Shown piece by piece: positions 63,362 to 64,000 of a stretch of DNA of 64,000 nt. Made by a program: the position numbers and the translations under genes. Every line of letters starts with the position of its first letter. The first letter of the stretch is position 1. The notes beneath the pieces are model-generated. The model did not search any database and was not told where the DNA came from. It worked only from the letters and a program-made list of their open reading frames with translations. Origin of the DNA: Gammaproteobacteria bacterium (GTDB taxonomy: Bacteria; Pseudomonadota; Gammaproteobacteria; Magnimaribacterales; AG-339-G14); NCBI GenBank assembly GCA_045564455.1, contig JBJLHG010000001.1, forward strand, positions 11,754 to 75,753, in the 5' to 3' direction.

Positions 63362-64000
63362 TTGAAAAAAAATTTGGTTTTGTTTCGATAAGCGGAAGAA
63401 CTAATGTGGGAAAATCTACACTTATCAACTCTTTGCTTGGAAAAAAAATAGCAATAACCTCAAGAAAACCACAAACAACTAGAAATAGAATTTTAGGTAT
63501 TCTTACAAACAAAGATTCTCAAGTAGTCTTGTTAGATACTCCTGGTTTTCATACCGGATATAAAAGAGCTTTGAATAAATACATGAATAAATTAGCTGCT
63601 CAATGTTATGAAGAGGTTGACCTGATTGTATTTGTTGTCGATAGATATAAATGGTTGCAAGAAGAAAAAAACACTTTAAAAAGATTAAAAGAAATTAATA
63701 AGCCAATTATTTTAGCTATTAACAAAATTGATAGATTAGAAAATAAAAATGATTTATTACCAATAATGAAAGAAATACAGAAAAAACATGATTTTTCAGC
63801 AGTTATTCCTATTTCAGCTTTAAGAAAAAGCAATTTAGAAGATCTGCTAGTGGCAATAAAAAAAGATCTGCTGACAGAGCCATTTCATTTTCCTGAAGAT
63901 TCAGTTACTGAGTTTTCTGAAAATTTTTTTATTTCTGAAATCATTAGAGAAAAAGCTATAAATCGTCTCGGGGACGAACTTCCTTACAGATTGAATGTAG
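63358..64000 (+). CDS. era: GTPase Era, N-terminal part (3' end outside window; absent from the ORF track because no stop is reached)
   Basis: My translation from ATG 63358 reads [45 protein letters not shown]...[8 protein letters not shown]. ATGA overlap with rnc. Confidence 0.9.
   Translation, partial: [214 protein letters not shown]

Overview
Visibly AT-rich, extremely gene-dense chromosomal segment. Most intergenic gaps are under 30 nt, and there are many ATGA or 4-8 nt overlaps, including convergent 3' overlaps. It carries classic gammaproteobacterial core synteny: infC-rpmI-rplT-pheST-ihfA-merR...tRNA-Pro; pdxB-msrB-murJ-ribF-ileS-lspA-ispH; dadA-ampD-yajQ-ampG; groESL; rpsP-rimM-trmD-rplS; xerD-dsbC-aminotransferase-hom-thrC; prfB-lysS; nrdAB; glpK; argF; ung; ygfZ/sdhE; rpoE-rseA-degP-lepA-lepB-rnc-era. 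The composition and compaction suggest a streamlined marine gammaproteobacterium; SAR86-like is only a guess. I support about 70 CDS and one tRNA. I see no rRNA, no CRISPR, no transposase or phage genes (the only recombinase is xerD), and no obvious defence or secretion island. I do not see a clear novel multi-gene system. The observations most worth a second look are these. (1) The S16 gene ends at a TGA inside a GC-rich 51-nt tandem repeat, while the +1 frame continues the same peptide repeat for 64 codons up to rimM. (2) The only large non-coding region (383 nt, upstream of ung) has a tight cluster of perfect DnaA boxes plus AT-rich 13-mer-like repeats. (3) A translationally coupled acyl-CoA dehydrogenase, APH-type kinase and small protein form a triad resembling LvaC/LvaA/LvaB and ACAD10/11 4-hydroxyacyl-CoA catabolism. 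(4) Two genes (an LbH acetyltransferase and lspA) have conserved N-termini with no ATG/GTG/TTG available, implying ATT/ATA initiation. (5) A CDS has its last 10 nt, including the stop codon, inside tRNA-Pro. All function calls come from reading motifs in the supplied translations and from remembered family signatures. No database search was run.
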